Under the pieces are notes generated by a model. The model had not been told where the DNA came from and searched no databases. It worked only from the letters and a program-made list of their open reading frames with translations. Below are positions 1-10,176 of a stretch of 64,000 bases of DNA, one piece after another (within the stretch, counting starts at the first letter, position 1; the number at the start of each line of letters is the position of its first letter). The translations under genes were made by a program, and so were the position numbers. The DNA is from Candidatus Latescibacterota bacterium (lineage in GTDB: Bacteria > Latescibacterota > UBA2968 > GCA-2709665): NCBI GenBank assembly GCA_965205485.1, contig OZ242180.1:2912001-2976000 (forward strand). Direction: 5' to 3'.

Positions 1-2
1 TC

Positions 3-524
3 GTCGATCCGACCCGCCTCGTCGTTCAGGTCCCTGCTGAACAGGATGCGAACGATGATATTTCCCGTCAGGCGCGCCATCTCCTCGTCGACCTGAATCA
101 CACGCTCGCCATCCGCCAGGGGTTCCCATCGCGTGAGCATCTCGCGAATCGCGTTCACCATCACGTCCATGAAGCGCATCGTGCCCCTTGGCGTGAAGAA
201 CGGCTGCATGATCCGGTGCTGTCGCTCCCAGAGTTCGCCCTCGCTGGTTATCAGGCCCTCTCCCAGCAGCAGCTTCTGGTCGTCGTATCCATATCCCTTG
301 AAATAGGTGCGCCTTTTGCGCACCAGCACGTGTTCGATGTGCTCCGGGCGGGTGACCAGGTGCACCGTCTTGCCCCTGATGTCCAGCCGGACCACGTCCC
401 CATACCTGGACCAGGCATCCATCAGGTACCGGACGGGGTCCTTACGAAACGGAAGCACGCAGCCCAGAAGGGGAAGCCCGCGCGGTCCGGGCGCGCGCGA
501 CGTGGCAGGGGATGTATCAGACAT
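3..524 (-). CDS. Cytochrome P450, N-terminal part (runs off the window start)
   Basis: Manual translation from ATG at 524: MSDTSPATSRAPGPRGLPLLG...YGDVVRL...LLLGEGLITSEGELWERQHRIMQPFFTP, the typical P450 Pro-rich N-terminus and B'/C-helix GxxW..xR motif. Not in the ORF track because it has no stop in the window. Confidence 0.88.
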   Translation of the reverse strand, partial: MSDTSPATSRAPGPRGLPLLGCVLPFRKDPVRYLMDAWSRYGDVVRLDIRGKTVHLVTRPEHIEHVLVRKRRTYFKGYGYDDQKLLLGEGLITSEGELWERQHRIMQPFFTPRGTMRFMDVMVNAIREMLTRWEPLADGERVIQVDEEMARLTGNIIVRILFSRDLNDEAGRID

Positions 525-602
525 GATCTTCACGACCCTCGCACGGGCTGCCGTGGCGGCGTACCGCGCTTCGGTCCGGGCCTCCGCCGATAGCCGCAGA
601 GC

Positions 603-1877
603 TCACTTGGGGATTTCGGCCGTCAGGATACGTGGATCTCCGGCCGTGATGAGCACGTTGTCCTCGATCCGGACACCGCCCACCGGCCGCCAGGGTTCCA
701 GAGCATCCCAGTTGACCATATCGGCGAATCGTTCGCGCCGTTCGGGGTCGTCGAGCAATGCGGGAACGAAGTACACACCGGGCTCGACGGTCATCAGGAA
801 GTCTTCCTCCAGCGGAAGGTCCACGCGCATCCGGATACCGCAATGGACACTGACTTCGCGCCCGGCCGCGAGGCCGCCCACGTCCCGAACGCCAAGGCCG
901 ACCATGTGGCCGACGCCGTGGGGCAGGAAGAGGGAGATGGCGCCGCCTTCGAGGAGGTCGTCGGGCGTGCCTTTCAGAATGCCCAGGTCACAAAGCCCCA
1001 GGGCGATTACGGCGGCCGCGGCACGGTGAACTTCGTGCCATTCGACGTCTTTGCGGCACGTGGAGATGGCTTCCAGCTGAGCGGCGAGGACGAGGTCGTA
1101 GATGGCCTGCTGCCTCGGCGTGAAGCGGTCTGCAGCCGGGTAGGTGCGGGTGACGTCGGCCGCATAGCCTGCGATGGACGCGCCGGCGTCGATGAGGACC
1201 AGGTCGTCGGGTTCCACGATCCGGTCGCCGGGTTCGAAATGAAGTACGGCCGCGTGAGTTCCCGCGCCGACGATGGTGTCGAAGGCGGCGCCGTCGGCGC
1301 CCTGCCGGAACATCTCGGCCTCGAGTTCAATGCGGATGCGGCGTTCGCTGACACCGGGCCGGATTGTTTCGCGGGCTCTCGCGTGGCCGGCTGCGGTTGC
1401 CGCGGCCGCCCGTTCGATCAGTGCGACCTCGGCGGCGTCCTTCCGGCGACGGACGCCATCGATGGATACCTGAAGCGCCGCTACCTGCTGAGGGTCGTTT
1501 TTGACGTTGTCCACGGCCGCGCCGATGACCGCGACGGGGTGGCCTGCACGTTGATCCAGCCAGCCCTGAAGTCCGGCGACGTCGTCGCCTTCGACGTCTT
1601 CACCGCCGCCTTCCCACAGCCGTTCGTTCTGTGAGACCGGCCGCACGAAGTGTCTCCAGCCATCCTGAGGATCGTAGGCCAGAACGCCACCCCAGCGTCT
1701 CGAACCCGTGAGCCAGTAGTATTCCGGATAGGGAATGAACGGATAGGTCTGGTCCTGTCCGCCGGGAATCTGAACGGGCTTCCCGGCGCCGAAGAGTACG
1801 ATCGGAGGGTCGTCACCGAAGGCATCGGCCGCACGCTGCCGCCGTCGTTCCAGCACGTCATTTTCAAATATGGCCAT
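603..1877 (-). CDS. pepP: Xaa-Pro aminopeptidase (M24B, aminopeptidase P family)
   Basis: N-terminal AMP_N-like region (YPF...YYWLTG); metal ligands in LIDAG, ADVTRTYP, HGVGHMVGL, TVEPGVY, GGVRIEDNV. Confidence 0.9.
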   Translation of the reverse strand: MAIFENDVLERRRQRAADAFGDDPPIVLFGAGKPVQIPGGQDQTYPFIPYPEYYWLTGSRRWGGVLAYDPQDGWRHFVRPVSQNERLWEGGGEDVEGDDVAGLQGWLDQRAGHPVAVIGAAVDNVKNDPQQVAALQVSIDGVRRRKDAAEVALIERAAAATAAGHARARETIRPGVSERRIRIELEAEMFRQGADGAAFDTIVGAGTHAAVLHFEPGDRIVEPDDLVLIDAGASIAGYAADVTRTYPAADRFTPRQQAIYDLVLAAQLEAISTCRKDVEWHEVHRAAAAVIALGLCDLGILKGTPDDLLEGGAISLFLPHGVGHMVGLGVRDVGGLAAGREVSVHCGIRMRVDLPLEEDFLMTVEPGVYFVPALLDDPERRERFADMVNWDALEPWRPVGGVRIEDNVLITAGDPRILTAEIPK

Positions 1878-1886
1878 GGGGTCTTC

Positions 1887-2651
1887 TCAAATCAGATTTT
1901 CGCGACGGAAGATCAGGTTCTGAACGATGCCCTCCGAGTAGTCGACCGGGCCGACGTTGGCCAGGGCGAAGCCCCGTTCGAAGAATGCCGTTTCAATCTT
2001 TTCGGCCATGTCTTCGAACATATACACTTCGATGAGCACAGTCTTGAGCCTCGCGTCCTCGAGCGTTCGCGATGCGCCGGCGACGATCTTGTCCTCGATG
2101 CCGTCGACGTCGATTTTGACGTGGTTCGGAAAGGGCAGGCCGAATCGGCAGGTGAGGTCGTCCAGTGAGACGGCCATCGTTCCCTGCCGGTTCTGCGGCT
2201 CGAAGGGCACGGCGCCCTGGGTTACGGGTTCGCCCAATGCGTGGAGCGCGGCGCCGGGGGCGAAGGTTTTGGAGTAGAAATGCTGGATGGCCGTGCGGTC
2301 CGATACGGCGATGGGGTAGGCCGTGACAATGTTCGCCAGGCCGTTCAGCAGGATGTTCCTGTTCAGCTTGGCGTGATTGAGCGTTTCCGGCTCAAAGGCG
2401 AGGATCCGCGCCTGCCCATCAAGTCTACGTGCCGCGTAAAGCGAGTACTGCCCGATATTTGCGCCGATGTCGTAAATCGTCTCGCCCGGCCGGAACCAGG
2501 TGTCGATCCAGTCCAGCGTATCGGGCTCTTTCTCGTTGAACGAACTCGCCCGCCAGAGTTCGTGGTTCCTGGAGGCCTCGCTCTCACCGTCCGTTTCAAC
2601 GTCGATGAGGATGGTCTGTTCCCGCACGTTGCAGGTGATTGTCTTGCCCAA
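1887..2651 (-). CDS. FkbM family SAM-dependent methyltransferase
   Basis: YDIGANIGQYS, AFEP and HVKIDVDGIE motifs. Confidence 0.88.
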   Translation of the reverse strand: MGKTITCNVREQTILIDVETDGESEASRNHELWRASSFNEKEPDTLDWIDTWFRPGETIYDIGANIGQYSLYAARRLDGQARILAFEPETLNHAKLNRNILLNGLANIVTAYPIAVSDRTAIQHFYSKTFAPGAALHALGEPVTQGAVPFEPQNRQGTMAVSLDDLTCRFGLPFPNHVKIDVDGIEDKIVAGASRTLEDARLKTVLIEVYMFEDMAEKIETAFFERGFALANVGPVDYSEGIVQNLIFRRENLI

Positions 2652-2721
2652 GTTCGGTTCCTCAAAATGGTAGTTTTTTTATCAAAGTCATTGTATTATG
2701 GTAACGAAAATGACCGCGTCT

Positions 2722-2750
2722 GTAGGGGCAGGTTTGAAACCTGCCCCTAC
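2722..2750. repeat. GTAG-type REP-like palindrome
   Basis: GTAGGGGCAGGTTT-G-AAACCTGCCCCTAC, a perfect 14-bp inverted repeat starting with GTAG, in an intergenic region. Confidence 0.8.
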
Positions 2751-2894
2751 CTGTGTCGAGAGATGTCGTGAGATACGGGTCACTGCTGGCGAGTGTCAAC
2801 GGTACGTGCCGTTCCACGCCAGCGATCAGTCGAAACCGTGCAGACCGCAGTGCCAATATGATAAGGAATCAGACCGATTATGCAAGGAGCGCGT

Positions 2895-3884
2895 ATGGCC
2901 AGGGCGTTTAATGTGTACGGCATCGGCAATGCGCTGGTGGATATTCAGTATCGGGTAACGCCTGACTTTCTCGCCAGGTTCGGAATCGAGAAGGGTGTCA
3001 TGACGTTGATTGAAGAGGACCGGCACCACGAACTCCTCGATCGTCTGGGCGATGACGTCCTGAAGCGCTCGTCTGGCGGATCCGCTGCAAATACGATGAT
3101 TGCCGTGGCCAGTCTTGGCGGAACGGCATACTATGCGTGCAAGGTGGCAAGGGACGCGTACGGGGACTTCTATCTCCGGGACCTGGCAGAAGCCGGTGTG
3201 GCTTCCAACCGGTTTCAGGGGGAGGGCATCACGGGCAAGTGTCTGGTTATGATCACGGATGACGCCGATCGTACCATGAATACGTATCTCGGCATAACCG
3301 GAACGTTCGGTCCCGAGCAGCTTGAGTCCGACGTGATCCGGCGGAGCGACTATCTATATATTGAAGGGTACCTGGTGGCCTCCGACGTTGGGTTCGCCTC
3401 GGCAATTGCCGCCCAGGCCGAAGCGCAGGCCGGGGGAACACGGGTGTCGTTGTCGTTGAGCGACCCCTCGATCGTGGCCGCGTTCGGGGACCGGATGCGC
3501 ACGCTGGTAACCCGCGGGGTGGATCTGCTGTTTTGTAACGAGGACGAGGCGCGGGCGTTCAGCGAAGCGGGCGAGACGGATGAGGCTTGCGTTGCGCTCG
3601 AGACGATGGTGGGCGCATACGCGGTCACGTGTGAGGCCAACGGCGCCATTGTATGGGACGGAGTCCAGCGGTTCGGTTCGCCGGGATTCAGCGTTGATGC
3701 GGTAGACACCAACGGCGCGGGGGACATGTTCGCCGGGGCCTATCTGTTTGGGATTACCCGGGGATTGGACGCGGAACAATCGGCGAAACTGGCGAACTAC
3801 GCATCGATGCGCGTGGTGGCGCAGTACGGGCCGCGGCTGGAGGAGTCGCTCAAGGATGAGACAGGGCGGATTCTGAGCATGTGA
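2895..3884 (+). CDS. PfkB family kinase (adenosine kinase-like)
   Basis: GIGNALVD, GGSAANT, LFCNEDE and DTNGAGDMFAG signatures; AAGGAG RBS before ATG 2895. Confidence 0.9.
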   Translation: MARAFNVYGIGNALVDIQYRVTPDFLARFGIEKGVMTLIEEDRHHELLDRLGDDVLKRSSGGSAANTMIAVASLGGTAYYACKVARDAYGDFYLRDLAEAGVASNRFQGEGITGKCLVMITDDADRTMNTYLGITGTFGPEQLESDVIRRSDYLYIEGYLVASDVGFASAIAAQAEAQAGGTRVSLSLSDPSIVAAFGDRMRTLVTRGVDLLFCNEDEARAFSEAGETDEACVALETMVGAYAVTCEANGAIVWDGVQRFGSPGFSVDAVDTNGAGDMFAGAYLFGITRGLDAEQSAKLANYASMRVVAQYGPRLEESLKDETGRILSM

Positions 3885-3936
3885 TTCCTTGCCGGTGCAT
3901 TTCTAACAGACTGAAAATAATATGGATGATGGGGAT

Positions 3937-3960
3937 ACCGTCCTTCGGGGCGGTTTTTTC
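3937..3960 (+). terminator. Putative intrinsic terminator
   Basis: ACCGTCC-TTCG-GGGCGGT hairpin followed by a T run, between convergent genes. Confidence 0.65.
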
Positions 3961-5230
3961 ATGCATTCGCTTCCCGTGCGGCCGGAGCGTTTCGGAAACC
4001 GGACATGGCGAGCGTGACCGCAACGACGAACAGGGACGCGATGGCGCACGTGCCAAAGACGGCGAAAGGCGCGCCGAAGCGTTCGGCCACCGCGCCCGTA
4101 CTCAGGCGGCCCGGCGGCCCCGTGCCGATTGCAAGGACGATGCCGCCCATGGCGCGGCTTCGCATGTCGTCCCGCGCCGACAGCAGGACGATGGTGCTCT
4201 GGAGGAGACCGAATGCCGCGTGGCCGATTCCCGACAGGGTGAGAAGTCCCAGCGAGAGATAGAAGCCGGTCGAAGTGGAGAATGCAGCCACGGCGGCGGC
4301 CATCAGAAACGATCCGCCCGCATAGAGCCAGCTGACTCCAACATGGCGGCGGAGCCTGCTCACCATCCAGAGACCGGCAAACGCGCCGACTCCGTTGGCG
4401 GACGCGAGCACACCGAAACCGACCGGGCCCTGATTCAGGATATCTCTCGCGAACACCGGCAGCAGCGCCTGATAGGGAAAGACCAGGAAGTTCATGGCAA
4501 CGGTAATGAGCGTAACGCCCAGAATCGCCGGATTGCGACGGATATAGCGCAGCCCTTCCACGGTCCGGGTCCAGTAGGAAGCGTCCGTGGGCGTTCTCTC
4601 GAGGACGGGTTGCCTGGAGAGCCGGAAAAGGATCAATAGAGAAGCAAGGGCAATTCCGGTCAGAATCAGAAAACAGCCAAGAGGTCCCAGGGTCGCGTAG
4701 AATGCGCCGCTGGAAAAGGGTCCGGCAACCCGGGTGATGTTCTGGGAGATTCCCTCGAGGAGCATCGCGTCCATGGTTCGCGCTCTGCCCACGAGATCGG
4801 GAAGCAACGACCTTCGGGCGGTCCAGTCCACCGCCCAGGTCGTTCCCATGACCAGTGCGGCGACGGCCAGATGCCACACGGCGAGGCGGTCAGCCAGGAT
4901 AATCAGGGCGATCAGGAGGGATACGAGAAGATTGACCACCTGGGAGAAGATAATGATCTTCCGGCGGCCGAACCGGTCGGTCAGGGGACCTGAGACGAAG
5001 CCGACCACCAGCAGCGGGGCCATGCGGTAGAAACCGATCAGCGACACCTGCCAGGCCGAGTCCGTTAGCTCCAGGACCAGCCAGCCGGCCACGATGATTT
5101 CCATCCACATGAACTGCCACCAGAGGGCGTTGCTGGCCAGCAGACGGCGGTAGTCCGGGGTGTTCAGCGGCGCGAGCGCACCGTGCAGATTGGAGGGCGT
5201 TTCGGAGGGTCCTTCGGATCGCTGGGACAT
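3959..5230 (-). CDS. MFS transporter (MFS_3/DUF894-like)
   Basis: About 12 hydrophobic segments; motif A-like GPLTDRFGRRK. Start may be 5251. Confidence 0.88.
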   Translation of the reverse strand: MSQRSEGPSETPSNLHGALAPLNTPDYRRLLASNALWWQFMWMEIIVAGWLVLELTDSAWQVSLIGFYRMAPLLVVGFVSGPLTDRFGRRKIIIFSQVVNLLVSLLIALIILADRLAVWHLAVAALVMGTTWAVDWTARRSLLPDLVGRARTMDAMLLEGISQNITRVAGPFSSGAFYATLGPLGCFLILTGIALASLLILFRLSRQPVLERTPTDASYWTRTVEGLRYIRRNPAILGVTLITVAMNFLVFPYQALLPVFARDILNQGPVGFGVLASANGVGAFAGLWMVSRLRRHVGVSWLYAGGSFLMAAAVAAFSTSTGFYLSLGLLTLSGIGHAAFGLLQSTIVLLSARDDMRSRAMGGIVLAIGTGPPGRLSTGAVAERFGAPFAVFGTCAIASLFVVAVTLAMSGFRNAPAAREANA

Positions 5231-5419
5231 GGACGCTTCGGGTGACGTCAATGAATCGCTTCGGAACGGACCGGGAACTCAGTGATGAAGCGCGAAAGCT
5301 GGATCTACCGTTCAGCCTGAAACAACCATACTGACTTCACTCCCGCAACACTGGATCTCGTCCTGTCACGCGAGCCCACAACAAGCCTAGTCGAGTGTAT
5401 CCACTTCTCGCGTGCAATC

Positions 5420-6907
5420 TCACTGGCATTTGTCCGACCTTATCGCCTCGAGCGCGATTGTCTTGGGCGCACTTCTTCCGCCACGTTTATCCTCGGCGAT
5501 CACTTGAAACGTGAATTCTCCACTGGAAATCTGAGGGAAGCATATCGCAAACATGACTTCCTTGCCGGACGCATGGTACTTGAATGCGTTCCGCTGGCCG
5601 CCGATTTTGACTTCAGGAGTGGCTGGCGACGTCTGTGTAACGAGATATCGAATCGCCTCGCCATCGAAGTCTTCAGCTCGAACGTTGAATTTGCGCCACA
5701 CAACCGTGCTGGCTTTTGTCTGTCCCCCCTCTGTGACCCATTTCCCGTCCTTGTACGTCATCTTGTCGGCGGAATAGGAAGCCGAAGCAGGTCTGTGATC
5801 TCCTGCATAGGCAACCGAAGACAAACGCGGCGGCCGGTTTCCGGACTCATCGAAATCAGTAGCCGCCTCCCAGTTTTCTATCCAGGTTCTGGCTCGTTTG
5901 TACCCCCGATCCGCCGATTTCTGCATCCACTCCCTGGCGGCAGCCAGATCCTTCGGTACACCGTCGCCCTCAGCCAGCATCTTCGCCAGACTGAATTGGG
6001 CAGCGGCGTTGTTCTGCTCGGCCGCCAATTTGTACCACCGCAGTGCCTCTCGCTTGTCCTTCTCGTAAAACCCCACGGCATATTGTGCATGCGCATGACC
6101 CTGCCTTGCCGCGGCACGGTACCACTCAAGCGCTTTCTTTTTGTCCTTTCTTATCCTGTGCTTTCCCGTGTCGAGAAAATAGGCCCATTGAGCCTGGGCT
6201 TCGGCATTTCCAGCTTCGGCATGCGTTTGCATGAGATGCGTTCCCTTTTTCTCATTCTTGAATACGCCGTCGCCGTTGATATATGCCACCGCCAGATCTC
6301 TTTGAGACTTGTGATCTCCCTGATTGGCGGCTTCGCGCAAGCGGGCAAATCTGGACAACCGCACCCAGCGCGCTTCCGATGTGCATCCGGCGGCGTTCAC
6401 GATGACCGACCTGGGTTCGCTCCTGGCGCCGTTCCTGTCCATCGCGACGACCTGAAGCGTGATCTCCGCCCCTGAGGGAGGAATGCATACCTTCACGTCG
6501 ACTGCCTGGCCGCTGGGAACGAAGGAATCATCCTGTTCTATGATCGCAACCGGCTTTTCAGGTGATAACTGAGACCAGATATACTGCACTTCGTCCCCGT
6601 CTGCGTCGCTGGCCTGCGCGGTGTAATAGAGCCATACCACGTCCTTGCCGGAACGGAATTCCGCAAGTCCTTCTTCCATCTTTTCCTCTGCCAGGGTCTT
6701 GCTGGAAGAGAAAGAAATGCCGGAACCGACTGTTTGGGAATATCCGTATGCTCCATTTCTTCCCACATTGCCGATCACGGGCGGCAGGTTACGGCCTTCG
6801 GCCGATGTTTCGGATTGGTCTGCCTCCGCTGCCGACGAGTTTTCAGTCCCCGTAAACATGCCGACGAAGATGGCGATAATCAAAAGCAAGGGATTGCTCA
6901 ATGGCAT
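5420..6907 (-). CDS. Secreted Sel1-like repeat protein flanked by two PKD/Ig-like domains
   Basis: Signal-peptide-like N-terminus; Sel1 repeats (AQFSLAKMLAEGDGVPKDLAAAREWMQKSADRG); two related domains NxPP...ASDADGD/AEDFDGE...QVxAxDxxGxRSxP. Confidence 0.75.
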   Translation of the reverse strand: MPLSNPLLLIIAIFVGMFTGTENSSAAEADQSETSAEGRNLPPVIGNVGRNGAYGYSQTVGSGISFSSSKTLAEEKMEEGLAEFRSGKDVVWLYYTAQASDADGDEVQYIWSQLSPEKPVAIIEQDDSFVPSGQAVDVKVCIPPSGAEITLQVVAMDRNGARSEPRSVIVNAAGCTSEARWVRLSRFARLREAANQGDHKSQRDLAVAYINGDGVFKNEKKGTHLMQTHAEAGNAEAQAQWAYFLDTGKHRIRKDKKKALEWYRAAARQGHAHAQYAVGFYEKDKREALRWYKLAAEQNNAAAQFSLAKMLAEGDGVPKDLAAAREWMQKSADRGYKRARTWIENWEAATDFDESGNRPPRLSSVAYAGDHRPASASYSADKMTYKDGKWVTEGGQTKASTVVWRKFNVRAEDFDGEAIRYLVTQTSPATPEVKIGGQRNAFKYHASGKEVMFAICFPQISSGEFTFQVIAEDKRGGRSAPKTIALEAIRSDKCQ

Positions 6908-7060
6908 AGGGAACATTCCTTTGTGTCGAACCGCACCCGGTTTGGAGCCTGCACCGCCTCGCATCAGAAGTCTGAATTCATGAGGCGATTTAGATTTCGC
7001 CGGCGACGGACGAGATCATACACGCCTCCCCGCGCCGGGTGGAAACTGGGGGAGGGGTCG

Positions 7061-8101
7061 CTACCCGCTCGTCTTGCCGAAATTCGCCGCGAAGGTGAGA
7101 AAGTCTGCGAAATCCACCTTACCGTTACCATCAAAATCCCCGATCAGACCGGTCGACGTGCCTGTATCACCGACGGCGGGCGCTTCGGAGGACCAGCGGA
7201 TTTCTTCGTCCGCGCCGCGAGTACGTGCGACGCCATTGCCGTTCTCATCGACAAACGCACTGAACCTGCCTCCTTCTATTCCCAGCCCGCCAATGCCCGT
7301 CGAATCCGCCCCCATGCCGGCGACAACACGCTCGGACGCATTGAGGAACCCGACGAGACCGTGACCGTTATCATTCGCGCCCATGGCGGCAACGACCCCA
7401 CCCTCCGCATTCGTGATACGAAAGGCTCCGGCGCCATTGTTGTCTATACCGAAACCGGATACCGCCTTATTGTCCGTGTTGAACACCGCCATCGCGCCGT
7501 CTCCGGCGTTGTCGAAGAAGAGCGCGGACGCAGAGCCGGTTGCGCTCCTTGCGTCGACCCATCCATTGGCCTGTTCCGACGGATCGGCGCCCATCGCGGC
7601 CGCGACCCGACCGGCAGCATTGAGGACCCCCAGGGTACCGTGTCCGTTAGCGTCAACGCCCACAATGGAAGCCACGTTGCCGTTGCTGTTCCCTATCACC
7701 AGTGAACCGTCGCCGGACTCGCCCGACCCGAGGGCTGCGACAACCTCGCCGCTTGCGTTTACAATGTGGAGTGTTCGCACGCGTAGGGTATCCCCGGCAT
7801 CGACAATTTGCTCCGGAGCGAACTTGCTCAGTGCATCGGTGCCGGCCTCCGGTAACGGCAGGTCGGCGCGGGCGAGAGATACATCTCCAAACTGGACGTC
7901 GCCCGTTGTCGTCGTGCCGTGCTTTAAGTTCAGCGAAGCCAGCTTGGCCGGAAGCATACTCCCAACCCACTTCGACGCCCGGGTGAGGGCAGGCGTCGCG
8001 CTGAAGAGGAATACAACCAGCAATCCTGAAATCATCCTTTTCTGCCAGCGTAATTTATCTTCCAGTGCTTCCAGCCTCTGGCGCACATCGTCACGATCCA
8101 T
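7061..8101 (-). CDS. Membrane-anchored or exported repeat protein with C-terminal EF-hand/dockerin-like motif
   Basis: N-terminal coiled-coil plus hydrophobic segment; about 23-aa Gly/Asn-rich repeats; C-terminus GDFDGNGKVDFADFLTFAANFG; GGAGG RBS. Confidence 0.75.
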   Translation of the reverse strand: MDRDDVRQRLEALEDKLRWQKRMISGLLVVFLFSATPALTRASKWVGSMLPAKLASLNLKHGTTTTGDVQFGDVSLARADLPLPEAGTDALSKFAPEQIVDAGDTLRVRTLHIVNASGEVVAALGSGESGDGSLVIGNSNGNVASIVGVDANGHGTLGVLNAAGRVAAAMGADPSEQANGWVDARSATGSASALFFDNAGDGAMAVFNTDNKAVSGFGIDNNGAGAFRITNAEGGVVAAMGANDNGHGLVGFLNASERVVAGMGADSTGIGGLGIEGGRFSAFVDENGNGVARTRGADEEIRWSSEAPAVGDTGTSTGLIGDFDGNGKVDFADFLTFAANFGKTSG

Positions 8102-8197
8102 TGTCTTCCTCCTTCGCGTGAATACCAGGCATATCCTGAACCTGAGTCTTTTGACCAGATTCGAACATCTCCGTAAGTGGTTGAAAACAACCGATGG

Positions 8198-9358
8198 CTA
8201 GGGGCCTTCGTCGCACGGGCGCCGCAGATTTCTTCCCGGGAACGACCGGAAAGGATGCTCGGCGAGCGCAGGTTCGTCCAGGTCAATGCCCAGGCCGGGG
8301 GCCGTGGGAAGCGTGATGTAACCGTCTTTGACGACGAAGGGTTCGACAGCGATTTCGTTGCCCGCGGGTTCGAAGTTTACGAAGTACTCGGTAATCAGAA
8401 AGTTGGGCATGCCGGCCGCGGCCTGCATCGTTGCGGCCAGCCCCACGGTGGTGCTGTTGTAGTTGTGCGGTGAGACCGCGATGTGACACGGTTCGGCCAT
8501 CGCCGCGATTTCGCGAAGCTCCAGAATGCCGCCGCAGTTGCAGACGTCCGGGTTGATGATGTCGGCGGCGCGTCTCTCGAAGACCTCGCGGAATTCCGTC
8601 TTTGTATAGAGTTCTTCTCCGGTGACAACCGGGATGCGGATGTCTCGTCTGGCTTCCACCAGGCCGTCGAGGTCCCGGGACGAAACCGGTTCTTCGTACC
8701 AGAAGGGACTGTATGGCTCCATGCCGCGGGCAACGCGGATGGCATGCGCCGGAGTGAGCCTGCGGTGTACCTCGACGAGAATATCCACGTCCGGGCCCAC
8801 GGCCTCGCGCACGGCCCTGACCCGGTCCACGGCGGTTTGTTCGTCCGTTCGGTCGATGATGCTGCGCCAGGGGCCCGGAAAGGGGTCGAACTTGAGCGCG
8901 GTGAACCCCCTCGCCACAACTCCGGCCGCCCGTTCGACGAGTTCATCCAACCCTTTACCGGGATCGTACCAGCTTCCCCAGCCGTTGGCGTAGACCTTGA
9001 TCCTTGTTCTGCATGCGCCGCCGAGCAGGTTGTAGACGGGCTGGTCCAGGGACTTGCCGACAATATCCCACATGGCCTGTTCGATGGCGCTGATGGCGGC
9101 ATAGAGATCCATCGCGCCCCGCTTGCTTGCGAAGTCCGTGTAGGCCACGTACGTGAAATGCTTGATATCGAACGGCGACCGTCCCCGCAGGTAGCGTCCC
9201 AGTTCATCGACGTGAATCTGGACGCTCCGGTCCCTGTCGTGCTGCGTGTAGGCCTCGCCCCATCCGTGGATACCCGCGTCGGTTTCCAGTTTGACGAAGA
9301 GCCAGTTCTTCGCGCTGCCGGGGTGAACGAGAAAGGTCTTTATACGCTCAATCCGCAT
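8198..9358 (-). CDS. Mandelate racemase/enolase superfamily enzyme, galactonate dehydratase-like
   Basis: WLFVKLETDAGIHGWGE, KFDP, EVH, WYEEP, TGEE, PHN motifs. Confidence 0.85.
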   Translation of the reverse strand: MRIERIKTFLVHPGSAKNWLFVKLETDAGIHGWGEAYTQHDRDRSVQIHVDELGRYLRGRSPFDIKHFTYVAYTDFASKRGAMDLYAAISAIEQAMWDIVGKSLDQPVYNLLGGACRTRIKVYANGWGSWYDPGKGLDELVERAAGVVARGFTALKFDPFPGPWRSIIDRTDEQTAVDRVRAVREAVGPDVDILVEVHRRLTPAHAIRVARGMEPYSPFWYEEPVSSRDLDGLVEARRDIRIPVVTGEELYTKTEFREVFERRAADIINPDVCNCGGILELREIAAMAEPCHIAVSPHNYNSTTVGLAATMQAAAGMPNFLITEYFVNFEPAGNEIAVEPFVVKDGYITLPTAPGLGIDLDEPALAEHPFRSFPGRNLRRPCDEGP

Positions 9359-9408
9359 TTCGCGAATGCTCCGGAAAGCCGTACGAGACGCCTATTGGCA
9401 ATACCCAC

Positions 9409-10176
9409 CTAAATCATCAGGTCTCCGCCGTTGATGTCCAGCGAAGCGCCGGTGATGTAGGCGGCCTGGTCGGAGGCGAGGAAGGCCACGAGGTTGGCCA
9501 CCTCCTCCGGTCTGCCCAGGCGGGGTATGGGGAAGCTTCTCGCATAGGCGCGTGTTCGTTCCTCATCGATCGTACCGCGGACCATCTCGGTATCGATCAG
9601 GCCCGGGCATACGGCATTTACGGTAATGTTGTAGGGCGCGACTTCCCTGGCAAGATGACGCGTGAATCCCAGTACCCCGGCCTTGGCCGCGGTGTAGTGC
9701 GCGCCGCCCACGGTACTGACGTTCTTGCCGGCGGTGGAAGAGAAATTGACGATACGGCCCCAGCCCGCCTCCCGCATGTGCGGAAGGACCGCCTTCGAGC
9801 AGAGAAAGGCGCCCTTGAGATTGACATCGATCACGCGATCCCACTCGTCTTCGTCAATATCCATGACACTCGTCGGAAAGAGGATTCCCGCGTTGTTGAC
9901 CAGAATGTGGACGGCCCCGAATGTGTCCGCCGTCCAGTCGACCATGGCCTGCACCCCCGGCGCATCGGTGACATCGGCCTGAAAGTGAAAGGCCGTGGTG
10001 ACCGACGACCTCAGTTCTTCGGCCGTACTTTCGGCGTTGGACTGGTCGAGGTCGTTCACGACGAGGTGGGCGCCATGATCCGCAAGGGTCCGGGCGACGG
10101 CCCGGCCGATGCCCTGACCCGCCCCGGTCACGATGGCGACGTGGTCACGAAGGGGTTGATGCTGGGGCATATCCAT
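9409..10176 (-). CDS. SDR family oxidoreductase (FabG-like)
   Basis: TGAGQGIG, NNAG, YTAAK, NAVCPG. Confidence 0.9.
   Translation of the reverse strand: MDMPQHQPLRDHVAIVTGAGQGIGRAVARTLADHGAHLVVNDLDQSNAESTAEELRSSVTTAFHFQADVTDAPGVQAMVDWTADTFGAVHILVNNAGILFPTSVMDIDEDEWDRVIDVNLKGAFLCSKAVLPHMREAGWGRIVNFSSTAGKNVSTVGGAHYTAAKAGVLGFTRHLAREVAPYNITVNAVCPGLIDTEMVRGTIDEERTRAYARSFPIPRLGRPEEVANLVAFLASDQAAYITGASLDINGGDLMI

Noticed and set aside
5252..5419. Possible ncRNA between the MFS and Sel1 genes
   Set aside because: No recognisable tRNA, riboswitch or strong hairpin pattern.
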